DNA of 63,504 nt, filler included, from Octopus bimaculoides (taxonomy: Eukaryota), in assembly GCF_001194135.2 (NCBI RefSeq). It is 3 parts of 3 records of this genome, joined end to end, with 100 filler letters (N's around TTAATTAATTAA, not from the genome) between each part and the next. Parts side by side here need not be neighbours in the genome. Positions count along the whole stretch, not along the records: positions 1 to 31,631 come from NC_068989.1; positions 31,732 to 42,563 come from NC_068985.1; 1 more part is not named here. One strand, 5' to 3'. Shown piece after piece: positions 27,506-38,942 of this stretch. The first letter of the stretch is position 1. Each line of letters begins with the position of its first letter. Made by a program: the position numbers and the translations under genes. The notes under the pieces were generated by a model that was given only the letters and a program-made list of their open reading frames with translations, made no database searches and was not told the DNA's origin.

Positions 27506-27838
27506 GGAGGCGCATGGCTCAGTGGTTAGAGCATCGAGCTTATGATCGTGAGGTTGTGAGCTCGAATCCCGGACCGAGCTGCGTGTTGTGTTCTTGAGCA
27601 AGACACTTTATTTCACGTTGCTCCAGTTCACTCTGCTGCAGAAATGAGTTGCGACGTCACAGGTGCCAAGCTGTGTCGGCCTTTGCCTTTCCCTTGGATA
27701 ACACTGGTGGCGTGGAGAGGGGAGACCGATATGCATGGGCGACTGCTGGTATTCCATAAACAACCTTGCCCGGACTTGTGCTTCGGAGGGGAACTTTCTA
27801 GGTGCAATCCCATGGTCAGTCATGACCGAAGGGGATCT
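27506..27838 (+). mobile_element. tRNA-derived SINE family C with recognisable Pol III boxes
   Basis: A box TGGCTCAGTGG at 27515-27525 and B-box-like GAGCTCGAATCC at 27558-27569, followed by tgtgttcttgagcaagacacttta, similar to the central motif of family A. Confidence 0.8.
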
Positions 27839-28149
27839 CGGTTCAGCTCTCATGAGAATGCATGCAAACAATAACAACAAGGATAAATAGCAATAAATTC
27901 AAGCACTAATAACAAACGAAAAACAAAGTAATAACAAGAGGAACAAACTGCAAACAACAACAGTAATTTGCAGTTGTTGTTATTGCTGTAACAACAACAG
28001 TAATTACAGCAATAACAACAACTGCCACAACAATAACACAGTAACAACAGCAAACAACAACAGCATTCAAAGTAACAACAACAACAGCGTAGTGTCGGAG
28101 CAACAAGAAATAGAAAACTTTTTAACATGCTTTCACATAACGCGGGAGA

Positions 28150-28630
28150 TAGAAACAGCAGACAAATCATATTCAACTGTCTTGAGCAAAGCAAGGCATA
28201 TTGAGTAGTTATGACTGAAATAAGCTTGATTTCCTGGGGGTGTAACCAATACAACAATAGACCTTGCCCACACAACAATATACCATGCTCACATTTAAGA
28301 TTAATGCATGATCCAGTCACTGCTACCCACAAATGCTTCCCACTGGAATCATTCTCGTGGTTGCGTAGCTATACGTCGGTTCTGCTCTAATAGACAGGCC
28401 TTTGACACGTAGTCAACAGGACAATTAGATGCAGCTCACAAGTCTATTGTTCTGTATATAACATGCTTACACCTAACAGAAGGCCAGGCAGCACATTCTG
28501 ACATGTAGTGTTTCATTCTATAGGGGACAGTGTTGCAGTGTGAACATGCTGCACACACTACTGTCCACTCAGTGGTACTGTGCACCGTCTGTGACATCTC
28601 CGTTCTATTTACCCTGTTTTTGCTGCCAAA
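28150..28630 (-). mobile_element. Degenerate non-LTR retrotransposon ORF2 C-terminal fragment
   Basis: Minus-strand CSHCNTVPYRMKHYMSEC (28493-28546) is C-X2-C-X8-H-X4-C, the zinc-knuckle pattern at the end of many LINE ORF2 proteins. The rest is not alignable by eye. Confidence 0.45.
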
Positions 28631-28633
28631 CCT

Positions 28634-28673
<40 letters not shown>

Positions 28674-28857
28674 AAATTCTATGTCTTGACAGTGAGCTTT
28701 GGCTGCTGTGTCACTGCCTGAGTGAAACTCAAACCAAGGCGAAATAACGTGATCTGGTTGTTCCGGGGATGTAGCAGACGATTCTCGTCTGTCAAGGATA
28801 TAAATACAAGAGTTTATGTACCACGAGTCCGTATGCGAGTTCTTCACTTGGTTAATT

Positions 28858-29021
28858 AGGCATTGGAGTGGCTGTGTGGTAAGTAGCTTGCTTACTAACC
28901 ACATGGTTCCGGGTTCAGTCCTGCTGCGCGGCACCCTGGGCAAGTATCTTCTACTGTAGCCTCGGGCCGACCAAAGCTTTCCGAGTGGATTTGGCAGACG
29001 GAAACTGGAAGAAGCCCATCG

Positions 29022-29063
<42 letters not shown>

Positions 29064-29262
29064 AGTATCTTTGTGTGTCTGTGTTTGTCCCCCACCATCG
29101 CTTGACAACCGATGTTGTTGTGTTCACGTCCCCGTAACCTAGCGGTTCGGCAAAAGAGATCGACAGAATAAGTACTAGGCTTACAAAGAATAAGTCTTGG
29201 GGTCGATGTGCTCGACTAAAGGCGGTGCTCCAGCATGGCCGCAGTTAAATGACTGAAACAAT
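28858..29262 (+). mobile_element. SINE family A, full length, CpG-intact
   Basis: Complete head, internal microsatellite and tail. Confidence 0.9.
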
Positions 29263-29359
29263 ATATATATATATATAATACAAAGAATATATATGCATGT
29301 ATACACACATATATGTACATACTTACATCTACATGTGTATATAGATGCATATCAGGGTA

Positions 29360-29460
29360 CAGGACGTTAGAAAAATGAACTACAGACCACGGAACGAACA
29401 CATAGGAAAACAGATAGCCACTTGGAATTAATCCTTCGTCAGCTGCCTCTATTCTAACTA
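29360..29460 (-). mobile_element. Penelope-like pseudo-LTR fragment with a decayed hammerhead-like motif
   Basis: Minus strand reads CTGACGA-A-GGA-ttaat-TCC-aagtgg. The second core box (GAAA) is mutated. Confidence 0.4.
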
Positions 29461-30539
29461 CCCGTTGTTGGGGAAACCTATGGTAAAAAATATTCCCGTC
29501 ATAACTGTCCTTTCTTTCTTGAACGAATTCAAACCCACTTTAACCAATGTGACAATTAAAAAAGAAACGGAGTGGGGGACTTTAGTGGGAAGATTTGGCT
29601 GCTATTTTTAACTAAGTGACCGATCATGTAGGGACAGCCAATCGAAATAATTGGTAATTTTTTTATTTCATTGCGCTATTTTTGAATCGATGGCAAGTAA
29701 GATCAGCCCCGGCTATGATTTGATCCCGGAATCTGTAGATGCGCTTCTGCATAATGTAAGCCTATTTGCCGGACCACAGTCATATGACCAGGTACCCACT
29801 GTCCTCTGTGAACACTGAATGAGTATAAACAACGGTGTACAGGTGTCGTTCATCTCTTACTTTTTTTCGGCCATTAAGTTGCGGCCAAGCTAGAGCACCG
29901 CCTTGAAGATTCTTAGTCGAACGAAGCGGCTCCTGTACTCATTTTTTTTATAGCCTGGTACTTATTGTATCTGTGTTATTTGTCGTGTTGTTAGCCTTCG
30001 AGGACGTAAATACACCAACATCGGTTGTCAAGCGGTGGCGTATGCAAATGTTGGTACATGTGCATATGTGGTCGTGTGCAGAGACGTGTCTGCATACGCA
30101 TATGTGTGTGTGTATGTGTATGTGTTTGCGTGTATACGTAGATTTCAATATGCGTGCTTATATGTTCATGTGTGTATACACATACGCGTACACAGGCACG
30201 TGTATATATATCTTATATGCACAAAAACACACACACACACGCGCACAAACACACATATACACATGGATGGGGTGTTTTTGTATGCATGTATATATATGCG
30301 TGTGCTTGTGTATGCATATGGGTGTATATATGTGTACGCGTATGTATGTGTCACATGACTTATGGATGTATATAGATCATGAGATTGCTGACTGTATATT
30401 TGTGTATGTACATTTGAATGTTTTTTCTTTTATTTAATTGCTAGAAGTTACTAAGTGACTCAAAAGTCGAGAATTTCGTGACATGCACGAAACTCTGCCT
30501 TAGTGTCACCATGTGACATTCGCTATATAAAAATAAAAC

Positions 30540-30570
<31 letters not shown>

Positions 30571-30726
30571 NNNNNNNNNNNNNNNNNNNNNNNNNNNNNN
30601 NNNNNNNNNNNNNNNNNNNNNNNNNNNNNNNNNNNNNNNNNNNNNNNNNNNNNNNNNNNNNNNNNNNNNNNNNNNNNNNNNNNNNNNNNNNNNNNNNNNN
30701 NNNNNNNATATATATGTATATATATA

Positions 30727-30757
<31 letters not shown>

Positions 30758-30773
30758 ATAGATAGATAGATAC

Positions 30774-30826
<53 letters not shown>

Positions 30827-31019
30827 CATAGATAGATAAATCTGTCTAGACACAAACACACACTCGCTCATACACACACAAATATACAGACATACGTAAA
30901 TACACACGTATATACATATATATTGTGCTTTGAGTACTATTTTTCCTATTCGTACTACAAAACTATATACGTATATTTTGATACATGTACACGCACACAT
31001 ACGCACGTGTATGTATATG

Positions 31020-31080
<61 letters not shown>

Positions 31081-31242
31081 ATATTCTTAAACGACAATAC
31101 TGTTGAAAGCGACTTCGAAGTTTCGGTTAGATGAAGTGATGTAAAATTGTTTTCATCATAACTAAACATAAAAACAAACATTAACATATGCGTATATAAT
31201 CTGTTTGTATAGCAACCCTACGCGTACACATGTATGTGTGTG

Positions 31243-31279
<37 letters not shown>

Positions 31280-31289
31280 NNNNNNNNNN

Positions 31290-31328
<39 letters not shown>

Positions 31329-31631
31329 TATACAGATGTATGTATAACACCCACACGTATGTATTATATAATTTGTGTCACATGCACCATTATAGACGTA
31401 TATAGACAAGGAAGCGTAAGCGTGCGTGTACACATCCATATATATATATACACATGTACAGTCATACACATATATAGACACAAAGCTTGTACATATATAC
31501 ACGCGCTCTCATTCACTTTCTCTGTCACTCATACACTCACACATACTAACAAACTTCCTCCTCTTTTCCATTCTCCTTTATTAATTTGCCCACTTCCCCC
31601 CCCCCGCCGCTTTCTCTCTCTCTCTCTCTCT

Positions 31632-31731
31632 NNNNNNNNNNNNNNNNNNNNNNNNNNNNNNNNNNNNNNNNNNNNTTAATTAATTAANNNNNNNNNNNNN
31701 NNNNNNNNNNNNNNNNNNNNNNNNNNNNNNN
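31632..31731. other. Artificial scaffold join: 44 N + TTAATTAATTAA + 44 N
   Basis: Exactly 100 bp. The palindromic 12-mer puts a stop codon in all six frames. An identical structure is at 42564-42663. Confidence 0.9.
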
Positions 31732-31808
<77 letters not shown>

Positions 31809-31823
31809 ACACACACATATATG

Positions 31824-32271
31824 CCGTATATACTCGATCTCATGTAAAAGTCGCCCCCTATTTTGGGCAAAAAAATTGGGAATTTTCCATAGATTCCGTA
31901 TAAAAGTCGACTCTAGTATTTCACGAACAGGATTTGTGGGTCAAAATATCGTAATATCCTGTACGTAGTAATAACACTGTTACAAAATTGTGTAGCTACA
32001 TTACTGTAGTCCGCTCTAGAGTTGGAACGCCTGGTGCTTATAATGGAGTGCTCGGTGTTTTGATACATAGAATTGGTAATATTACTGTAATTCATTATGT
32101 TTTTGTTTTTATTCTCTCAGAGATCAGTTGGTCTTCTGGTGTTGATATGGTACTTCGGATTCTAGCTTGAATTTCAGCTCCTCAAAAGTAGTATCCATGT
32201 AATAGTCGACCCCATAAACTTGACCTCAAAAAATGGTCTAAAAAATTCGACTTTTACATGAGTATATACGA
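31824..32271. mobile_element. Tc1/mariner-superfamily (Tc2-like, CCGTA-ended) MITE
   Basis: Left end ccgtatatactcgatctcatgtaaaagtcg. The right end cgacttttacatgagtatatacg is its reverse complement apart from a short indel. Confidence 0.7.
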
Positions 32272-32759
32272 TATAGTCTGGCTGTACTGGTGATACTATA
32301 CTTTGCTGAGGAGGTCATATAAGATCGAAACATACTGCCATAGATCATATTCACATCGCACTACATTCTATTTTAAAACTGAATTTGAATTAATTTAAAT
32401 TAATTTTTAATGAAATTTTTATTTGAAATAATTCAAATTTCGGTATTATCTCCCTTACTTTACTTGGCCAAAATTAATTAAGTTGATTACTTTTTTATCC
32501 TCACTATGGATATAGTTTTAATGAATTTCAATTTCATTGTCTCGGTAGCTTAAGCAATATATTGGCAGTGCCATCAAAATTATCTGATACTTCTTAATAT
32601 GCTGTTTAAGAAATATTTCACAAGTTATGAAGGTATGACAAAATAGTCCCCACAGAAACATTTTTTTATAAACGGATAACAACTGCATTTCATAAATATT
32701 TTCTGTATGAAAAAATACAAATTGGTTTTGGTCTGATCAAATAATATTTCTAAACTCAC

Positions 32760-32820
32760 CTTCTAAGCTGATTGTTAACAATGGAACAAGTAAGAGAATA
32801 AGGAGATGCAGAACTGCCAT
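32760..32820 (-). CDS. Candidate start exon encoding a signal-peptide-like N-terminus (MAVLHLLILLLVPLLTISLE, phase-1 donor)
   Basis: ATG in gaaaATGG context, perfect AAG|GTGAGT donor, and acceptors at 32826 (ttattttcag) or 32956 (tttagcttttag). No compatible downstream exon was found. Confidence 0.3.
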
Positions 32821-33964
32821 TTTCCCCTGAAAATAACGATTGGAATAATCCATGATAAAAACATTGGCATCTTAGTAAACAAATATATGAAGAGATATCT
32901 GCATGTAATTTAGTGTCGTGAGTATGTAGGTCCCATGAGTGCCGCAAACACATAACCTAAAAGCTAAATAAATACGGATGTGACTCCGGATTGTTGTATA
33001 TTCGTGATCCGTGTTGCATTTCTTTAATGGTGTTGTTTTGTCGTCTTAATAAATTATTCAAAGAAATAGATAAAATGTCTCGAAGAATTTATTTAAAACA
33101 TTATAAAGGGGGGAGTTAACACAATATGAAAAACAATCTGAACATAAAATATAGAAATGTCGATTTTTATCAATATTGATATCAAATGACCATATTTCTG
33201 TGCACTTACTATACTATCAAGGGAATTTTACGAAATATTCTTCCGAGCAAATATTTTTTAAAGATTGTTGCAATTATAAAGGAGTAAAATGTGACAGAAC
33301 ATATTTTGTAAGATTATAGTAGAAGAAACTTGCTCAAGGTACCATGCAGTAGGACTGAACCCAGAACCATGTGGTTAGGAAGCAAGCCTCTTACAATACA
33401 GTCACGCCTGCGCCTATGCTGTTGTAGTTGTTGCCGATGATGCTCTTATTTACGTGGTTGTTCTTGTTGTTGACAATGTGCTGTCGATGTTGTCGTTGGC
33501 ACTGTTACTGTTGTTGATAATGTTGATGTTGGTATTATTGTTTAACCGCAGGTAAACCCTAAGCAAGTACGCGTGCCACGTAGGTAATCAACTGAACAAG
33601 ATCCAATTGATAAATCTATTCTTACAGATATATTCAGTTTTGGCCTAAGATGAGCACATTGAAACATTTACAGTGGTTAATCGTATGCCATGCTGGATTG
33701 TAGTGTGGGCCCGCTGCATTTTCTTGTTTGTTCATTCTGTTTCAGTGAATACTAAGAGTGGCCACAGGACTGAAAAATGGGAATCCATCAGAATGCAGAA
33801 CTTGCTATTTATTCTCTGCTCTTATTAATGCTGGAATGCATCTTAAAAAAAAAAGACAATTAATTACTGCGGCTATTGTTTTTTGTGGCTTGGCTTGAAG
33901 GTGAGACATAAGATTTAGAATGCTACTGTAAATATATTCAAGGATTTTTGAATGTATATGCCTA

Positions 33965-34009
<45 letters not shown>

Positions 34010-34169
34010 ATGTGTGTGTGTAATCAACAGAGAACTGTTGGTAGAACTGTACTTCTCTAGATCCAGGTCTTTGTGTGCAAAACAATGGGTTGGGGAAAGG
34101 TAAATTTGTGGGGAGAGGGAGGGATAATCGATTGTATCAACCCCAGTACTCAACTGGTACTTGATTTAT

Positions 34170-34290
34170 CGACTACAAAAGGATGAACCGCAAAGTCGAC
34201 TTCGGTAGGATTTGAACTCAGAAACTAAACACCCGAAAGCAATGCGCTAAGAACTTTGTCCGATGTGCTAACGATTCTGTCAGCTCACCG
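34170..34290 (-). mobile_element. SINE family B copy (extends from about 34085)
   Basis: Reverse-complement match to family B. Confidence 0.75.
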
Positions 34291-34291
34291 T

Positions 34292-34322
<31 letters not shown>

Positions 34323-34339
34323 TTCTTATTATTATTATT

Positions 34340-34408
<69 letters not shown>

Positions 34409-34695
34409 CTTTTCTTTATTGGCCGAAAACAAAACAAAATAGGGCCGATACGACACGACGAACAATTTGGATTAAGTACAATATTCGTGTACATAATAAA
34501 TAACAAAACAATTAACAACAAAATTTAAAACTCCCCAAAAGCGGGGAGTTCCTCTCAGGGCCAACCAAGGAACCCCACCCATCCTGATTACTCCGACCGC
34601 CAAGGGCACCACAGGCAACCTCACTCCCTCTCGGCTCCTCCGGTCTACAAGCGCAAGTTCAGAGTAGGCTCGTTCCCAGTACATAATTCCTCATC
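34409..34695 (-). mobile_element. 5'-truncated LINE 3' end (Tx1/L1-like) with AATAAA and (TTA)n tail
   Basis: Minus strand ends ...ggccaataaagaaaaaga followed by a long (TTA)n run. The GC-rich body looks like a 3' UTR. Clade assignment is inferred from the tail. Confidence 0.55.
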
Positions 34696-34802
34696 TCTTA
34701 AATATAGAACTGTATTAATAATAATGATATATATTTTTTATCTGGAAGATAGAATGTGTTAAATAAATGATATTATTCAAATATTGTAGAAATGAAGATT
34801 AC

Positions 34803-34829
34803 CTGAATACCCATCACAATCGGAGCCAT
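34803..34829 (-). other. Candidate small exon on the minus strand (possibly extending to 34946 or 34960)
   Basis: ctctcttcacctttccaaacgattgtttcag|ATGGCTCCGATTGTGATGGGTATTCAG|gtaatc. Confidence 0.3.
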
Positions 34830-35497
34830 CTGAAACAATCGTTTGGAAAGGTGAAGAGAGAAATCAGCTGCTTTAATGCGAAGCTTCTTTCGTACTCCAA
34901 TTGAATATTTAATCTATTCGGTGAGTATAGTATGCTTATATATAGTCTGTAAAATAACACCTGAAATAAAATTATATACCCCGAAGATAAAAGAAAAATA
35001 CCTGTTTGCCTACATATTCATCTTTATACACCCACATACACACTCACACACATGTGTGTGTATGTATGTGTATGTGTATGCGTGTATGTATTTATATATA
35101 TATATATGCATGCTTATTTGTGTGTATATATATATGTACATGTGGGTATGCATATGTGAGAGTGTGTGTGTGTGTGTGTTGTTCTTGAATGTAATTATAT
35201 GCATTTTGAAACTAGATACATGCATTCAGGTTCTACGACTTAAAGTACGCTTGTGAACGAGTTTTATAATCCATTCTTGTCAAAACAAACAAACATGCCG
35301 ATTTGTTAAGATTGTACTGCGACACCATGTGACACGTCATTCCAATTTTGTGGAGTGAATATTCTTTACAAAACCACTACAACACGATTCTTGTAAATAT
35401 TCGCGTTTTTAATGTATTTCTGAAGGACATCATCCTATTGTACAATATATTATCTAGTGTATATAAATTACAGTATGTGTGTGTATATTGACCATAG

Positions 35498-35792
35498 GGC
35501 GCAGCAGTGGCTGTGTGGTAAGAAGCTTGCTTCCCAACCACATAGCTCTGGGTTCAGTCCCACTGCGTAGTACCTTGAGCAAGTGTCTTCTACTATAACC
35601 TCGGGCCGACTAAAGCCTTGTAACCTCATGGACATCGGTGGCGATTTTTTTCCTCCGTTTTCCGACGAAGAGCTCCGCTCGAAACGTCATATTCTCTCTC
35701 TTTCCTTTCTCGAGCGTCTAGTAACACAATCTGTATCACGTCCTCACGTTGTTGTTTTTTGTTGTTGTTTTTTTGTCTTTTTCCTTTTTTGA

Positions 35793-35829
<37 letters not shown>

Positions 35830-36305
35830 AAGCCCGTCGTATGTGAGTGTGTGTGTCTGTCTGTCTGTGTCTGGTGTCTGTGTGTCTGTGTTTGTTCCCC
35901 CACCATCACTTGATAACCAATGTTGGTGTGTTTACATCCTCGTAAACTAGCGGTTCGGCAAAAGAGACCGATAGAATAAATACTAGGCTTACAAAGAATA
36001 AATCCTGGGGTCGACTTGTTCGACTAAAGGCGGTGCTCCAGCATGGCCGCAATGAAATGACTGAAACAAGCCAAAGAATAAAAGAATATATATGTGTATG
36101 TATTTGTGTGTCTGTGCTTAACCCCCATCACCGTTTGACAACCGATGTTGGTGTGCTTACGTCCCCGTAACCTAGCGGTTCGACAATATAGACCGATAGA
36201 ATAAGCACTAGGCTTACAAAGAATAAGTCCTGGGGTCGATTTGTTCGATCAAAGCCAGTGCTCCAGCATTGTCGGAGTCAAATGACTGGAACAAGTAAAA
36301 GAATA
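35498..36305 (+). mobile_element. SINE family A interrupted by a Penelope-like fragment, with a duplicated 3' half
   Basis: Head 35498-35620, insert about 35626-35790, body resumes at about 35829, second tail copy about 36100-36305. Confidence 0.8.
35655..35695 (+). ncRNA. Minimal type I hammerhead-ribozyme-like motif (degenerate), Penelope pseudo-LTR type
   Basis: CCGACGA (35662-68; canonical CUGANGA), extra A, stem II GAGC-tcc-GCTC, GAAA, CGTC. One core substitution and a poor stem I. Confidence 0.5.
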
Positions 36306-36458
36306 AAATAATAATAAATATATGTGGAAAGTATATTTTATTTTCCGTGCTGAAATTCGAAACCGAATCTATGAATTCTTGCTCGCCATTGGCTGACCAG
36401 GCGGGAAAAATTTCTTTGTCCTGTCGGATGGGTTTCCACTCGACCTCCGACCCGGCTA

Positions 36459-36812
36459 TGTCACGGAAAGTTCAGATAGACAGTAAGTAAGCTAAATAGG
36501 TACAAGCCACTCTTATAATGGTATATCCATCCTTCTAACTCGAATGGGTCATTATAAATACGAGTTCCGTTGGAGACACGGACAGTCAACACTGTGATAG
36601 AGATGGTTAGCACTGTGAGCGGAGCGATACGCAAGAGTTAGCAGTTGCAGACCACAGAACAGATCAGATAGAGAAACAACACAACAGAGGTGAATCACGA
36701 ACAAACACGCATACACAAAATATGTCTTTTTACTATATCGTCCCATCAACATTCTCTTTCCTCCGTTTTTAGTTCGCCTACACGAAGTAGTTGGCTACAT
36801 TATGTAGCGACA
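36459..36812 (+). mobile_element. Possible solo LTR
   Basis: Starts TGTCAC and ends GCGACA (imperfect terminal inverted repeat, TG...CA). TATA-like TATAAATA near 36553. No target-site duplication seen. Confidence 0.3.
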
Positions 36813-37095
36813 TATTTGTTTCAAGTATCCAACAAAGTGAATGCAGCTGTGACTAAACAAATAGTGTAAACTACATTCCTATTCTTTCTTCATTGTTTTC
36901 CATCGATACCGGTCCATCATCTGCATCATGTGCTATACCGGCAACTTACAATGATCCTTCAACATCACATTCTGCTACGTATGTATGTATGTATGTATGC
37001 ATGCGTGTATGTATGTATGCATGCATGTATGTAAATGCAGGCACTCACGCACGCACAAAACAGACATTTACAGTTAGAATGACAGATAGACAGGC

Positions 37096-37165
<70 letters not shown>

Positions 37166-37769
37166 TAAGCAGGAAGGTAAGAAGATAGGTACGTAGGTGC
37201 AGGTATAGCGCTATACTTAAGAAATTCGGTTTGCAGTCACGTAGTTTCGAATTCAGTTCCACTGTGTGGTACCTTAGTCAAGCGTTTTCTACTATAATCT
37301 CGCACGGTTTGTCGACCAATGTCCGTTGAGTGAATCTGGAAGATGGAAGCCTGCGCGCGCGTGCGCGTGTGCACGCGCACCAGACTCGTGTTGGTTTGTT
37401 TATTTCTAAGTTAGCGTTTGGGCAAAACAGACCGATAGAATAAGTACCAAACTTAAAAAACTAAGTGCTGCGGTTGATTGTTCGATTAAACCCATTAAGG
37501 CGGTGCTCCAGCATGGCTGCCGTCCAATGATTTTGAGCTCCTGACGATATTTGAAATGTCAAATGTCTAATATTGCTCTTTACTTCACCCAGGACTGCAG
37601 TTCTGTCAAATACACGAGCTGGAACCATAGATTAAGATCATTTTAGGTCGACATTCATATAAATTTGATCCCTCAACGCATAGGGTTTCAAGGTGAGTTT
37701 TTGAGAGCACTTTTCTGGCGTTCTGTTTAATTCTTTGGGTCAATTCAGACGGTAATGTGAAGCTGTCGG

Positions 37770-38122
37770 AGACTGTGGTCAATCCCTAGCTAGGAACAGT
37801 TGATGTTGGGAGTGTGGCAGCAGGATTCAGCTTCTCGCTATACTTCCGGAAAGAGTCATAAGTGGTTGCCAGCGAATTTCTACGACTTCATCAGCACCAA
37901 TTTCTGGGACCCTAATCCCTTTCATTGTAATTTCAGCACATTGTATGTGAAGGGGAATTTGAGAAAGACACCAACTACTCTGCCTGTAACATCAAGGACG
38001 AACTGGTAGCCAAGATCGAGGTGTTCAAATATCTTCCCAGGGACAAAGTGAGGAACGCATGCGCCAGATTCTGGAGCCGTCTTGAGGTCTTGGTGGAAGT
38101 TGAAAGCAACTACTTTGAGTAA
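37770..38122 (+). pseudogene. Tc1/mariner (maT/DD37D-like) transposase relic, C-terminal catalytic region
   Basis: VWQQDSASRYTSGKSHKWL..NFYDF...NFWDPN, then after a frameshift EKDTNYSACNIKDELVAKIEVFKYLPRDKVRNACARFWSRLEVLVEVESNYFE*. This matches the QQDSAPxH...WPPNSPDLNP...RL.AV..A.G.YFE end of such transposases. Confidence 0.85.
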
Positions 38123-38599
38123 ACTGATCTCTCCTAGCTATAATCTAGTTGATATTTATTGATTTTTAAAATACTTTCTGTTTTGGATAATAATAGCCAA
38201 ATGGATTTAATTGGACCCTCCTACCCACCTGGACATAAAGAACCACAATAAATATCATTGTTGATGAGCATTCTTTCCACTGTCTAACCTATATTTCTTC
38301 GATGACGTAATACCCGACCTAAAGAGTCTTCTGTTTATCTATCTCCCTCTCTTGTTCTTCCTTTCTGTTTTTCTCTCCCACCCTTTCCCTATTCTTCTCC
38401 TCTCCCCATCACCGTTCCCTTTCTCTCTCTCTCTCTCACTCACTCTTCCTCCTTGACTCTCTCGTTGCTCACACGTGACCAACGGCCATTCTTTCTTTCT
38501 TCCACTTCCTTCCTAAAGGCAAGACGTGCTTTTATCTGTCTCTTCTCAAAGCTCGTTTTTCCAGCGTTCACCACTTCCCATCGCCTTGGCTTAACAGCC

Positions 38600-38897
38600 C
38601 TCACCGTTTGTTATTACTGTTTTGTTCTCACTGTCGTTTTTGTTACCACTTTCACCCTCCGCAAAAAATCCCAAATTTTATTTAACTTGCTTTGCGGGAA
38701 GGACTGTTTTAACGAAGTCGCGTCTTGTCCTTACCTTCGAAACACGGAGTAGATAAAACAGGGGACAACTGATGAAGGGAATGTTCTTTATGTTGCATGT
38801 CTCGTTCTTCTGTTTGTTTTTTTCGTTGTTCGAAAAAATGTTCGTTTTCTATGTTTTTGTATTTTATGTTCTCGTTTCTCATTGTCTTTTTTTTATA

Positions 38898-38900
<3 letters not shown>
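38600..38900 (+). mobile_element. Probable Penelope-like pseudo-LTR-derived repeat
   Basis: CpG-rich block with CGAAAC at 38738 and CTGATGAAGG at 38769. It resembles a dispersed octopus repeat as I recall it; not verified. Confidence 0.35.

Positions 38901-38942
<42 letters not shown>

Noticed and set aside
31676-31687. TTAATTAATTAA as homeodomain site or PacI-like motif
   Set aside because: Centred in N padding and repeated identically at 42608, so it is a synthetic linker.
37884-37897. CTGATGA...GAAA on the minus strand
   Set aside because: Inside the transposase relic with no stem II pairing, so a chance match.
38735-38798. Minus-strand first coding exon MQHKEHSLHQLSPVLSTPCFE as a firm CDS
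   Set aside because: Lies in what appears to be a dispersed Penelope-like repeat. Kept only as a low-confidence finding.
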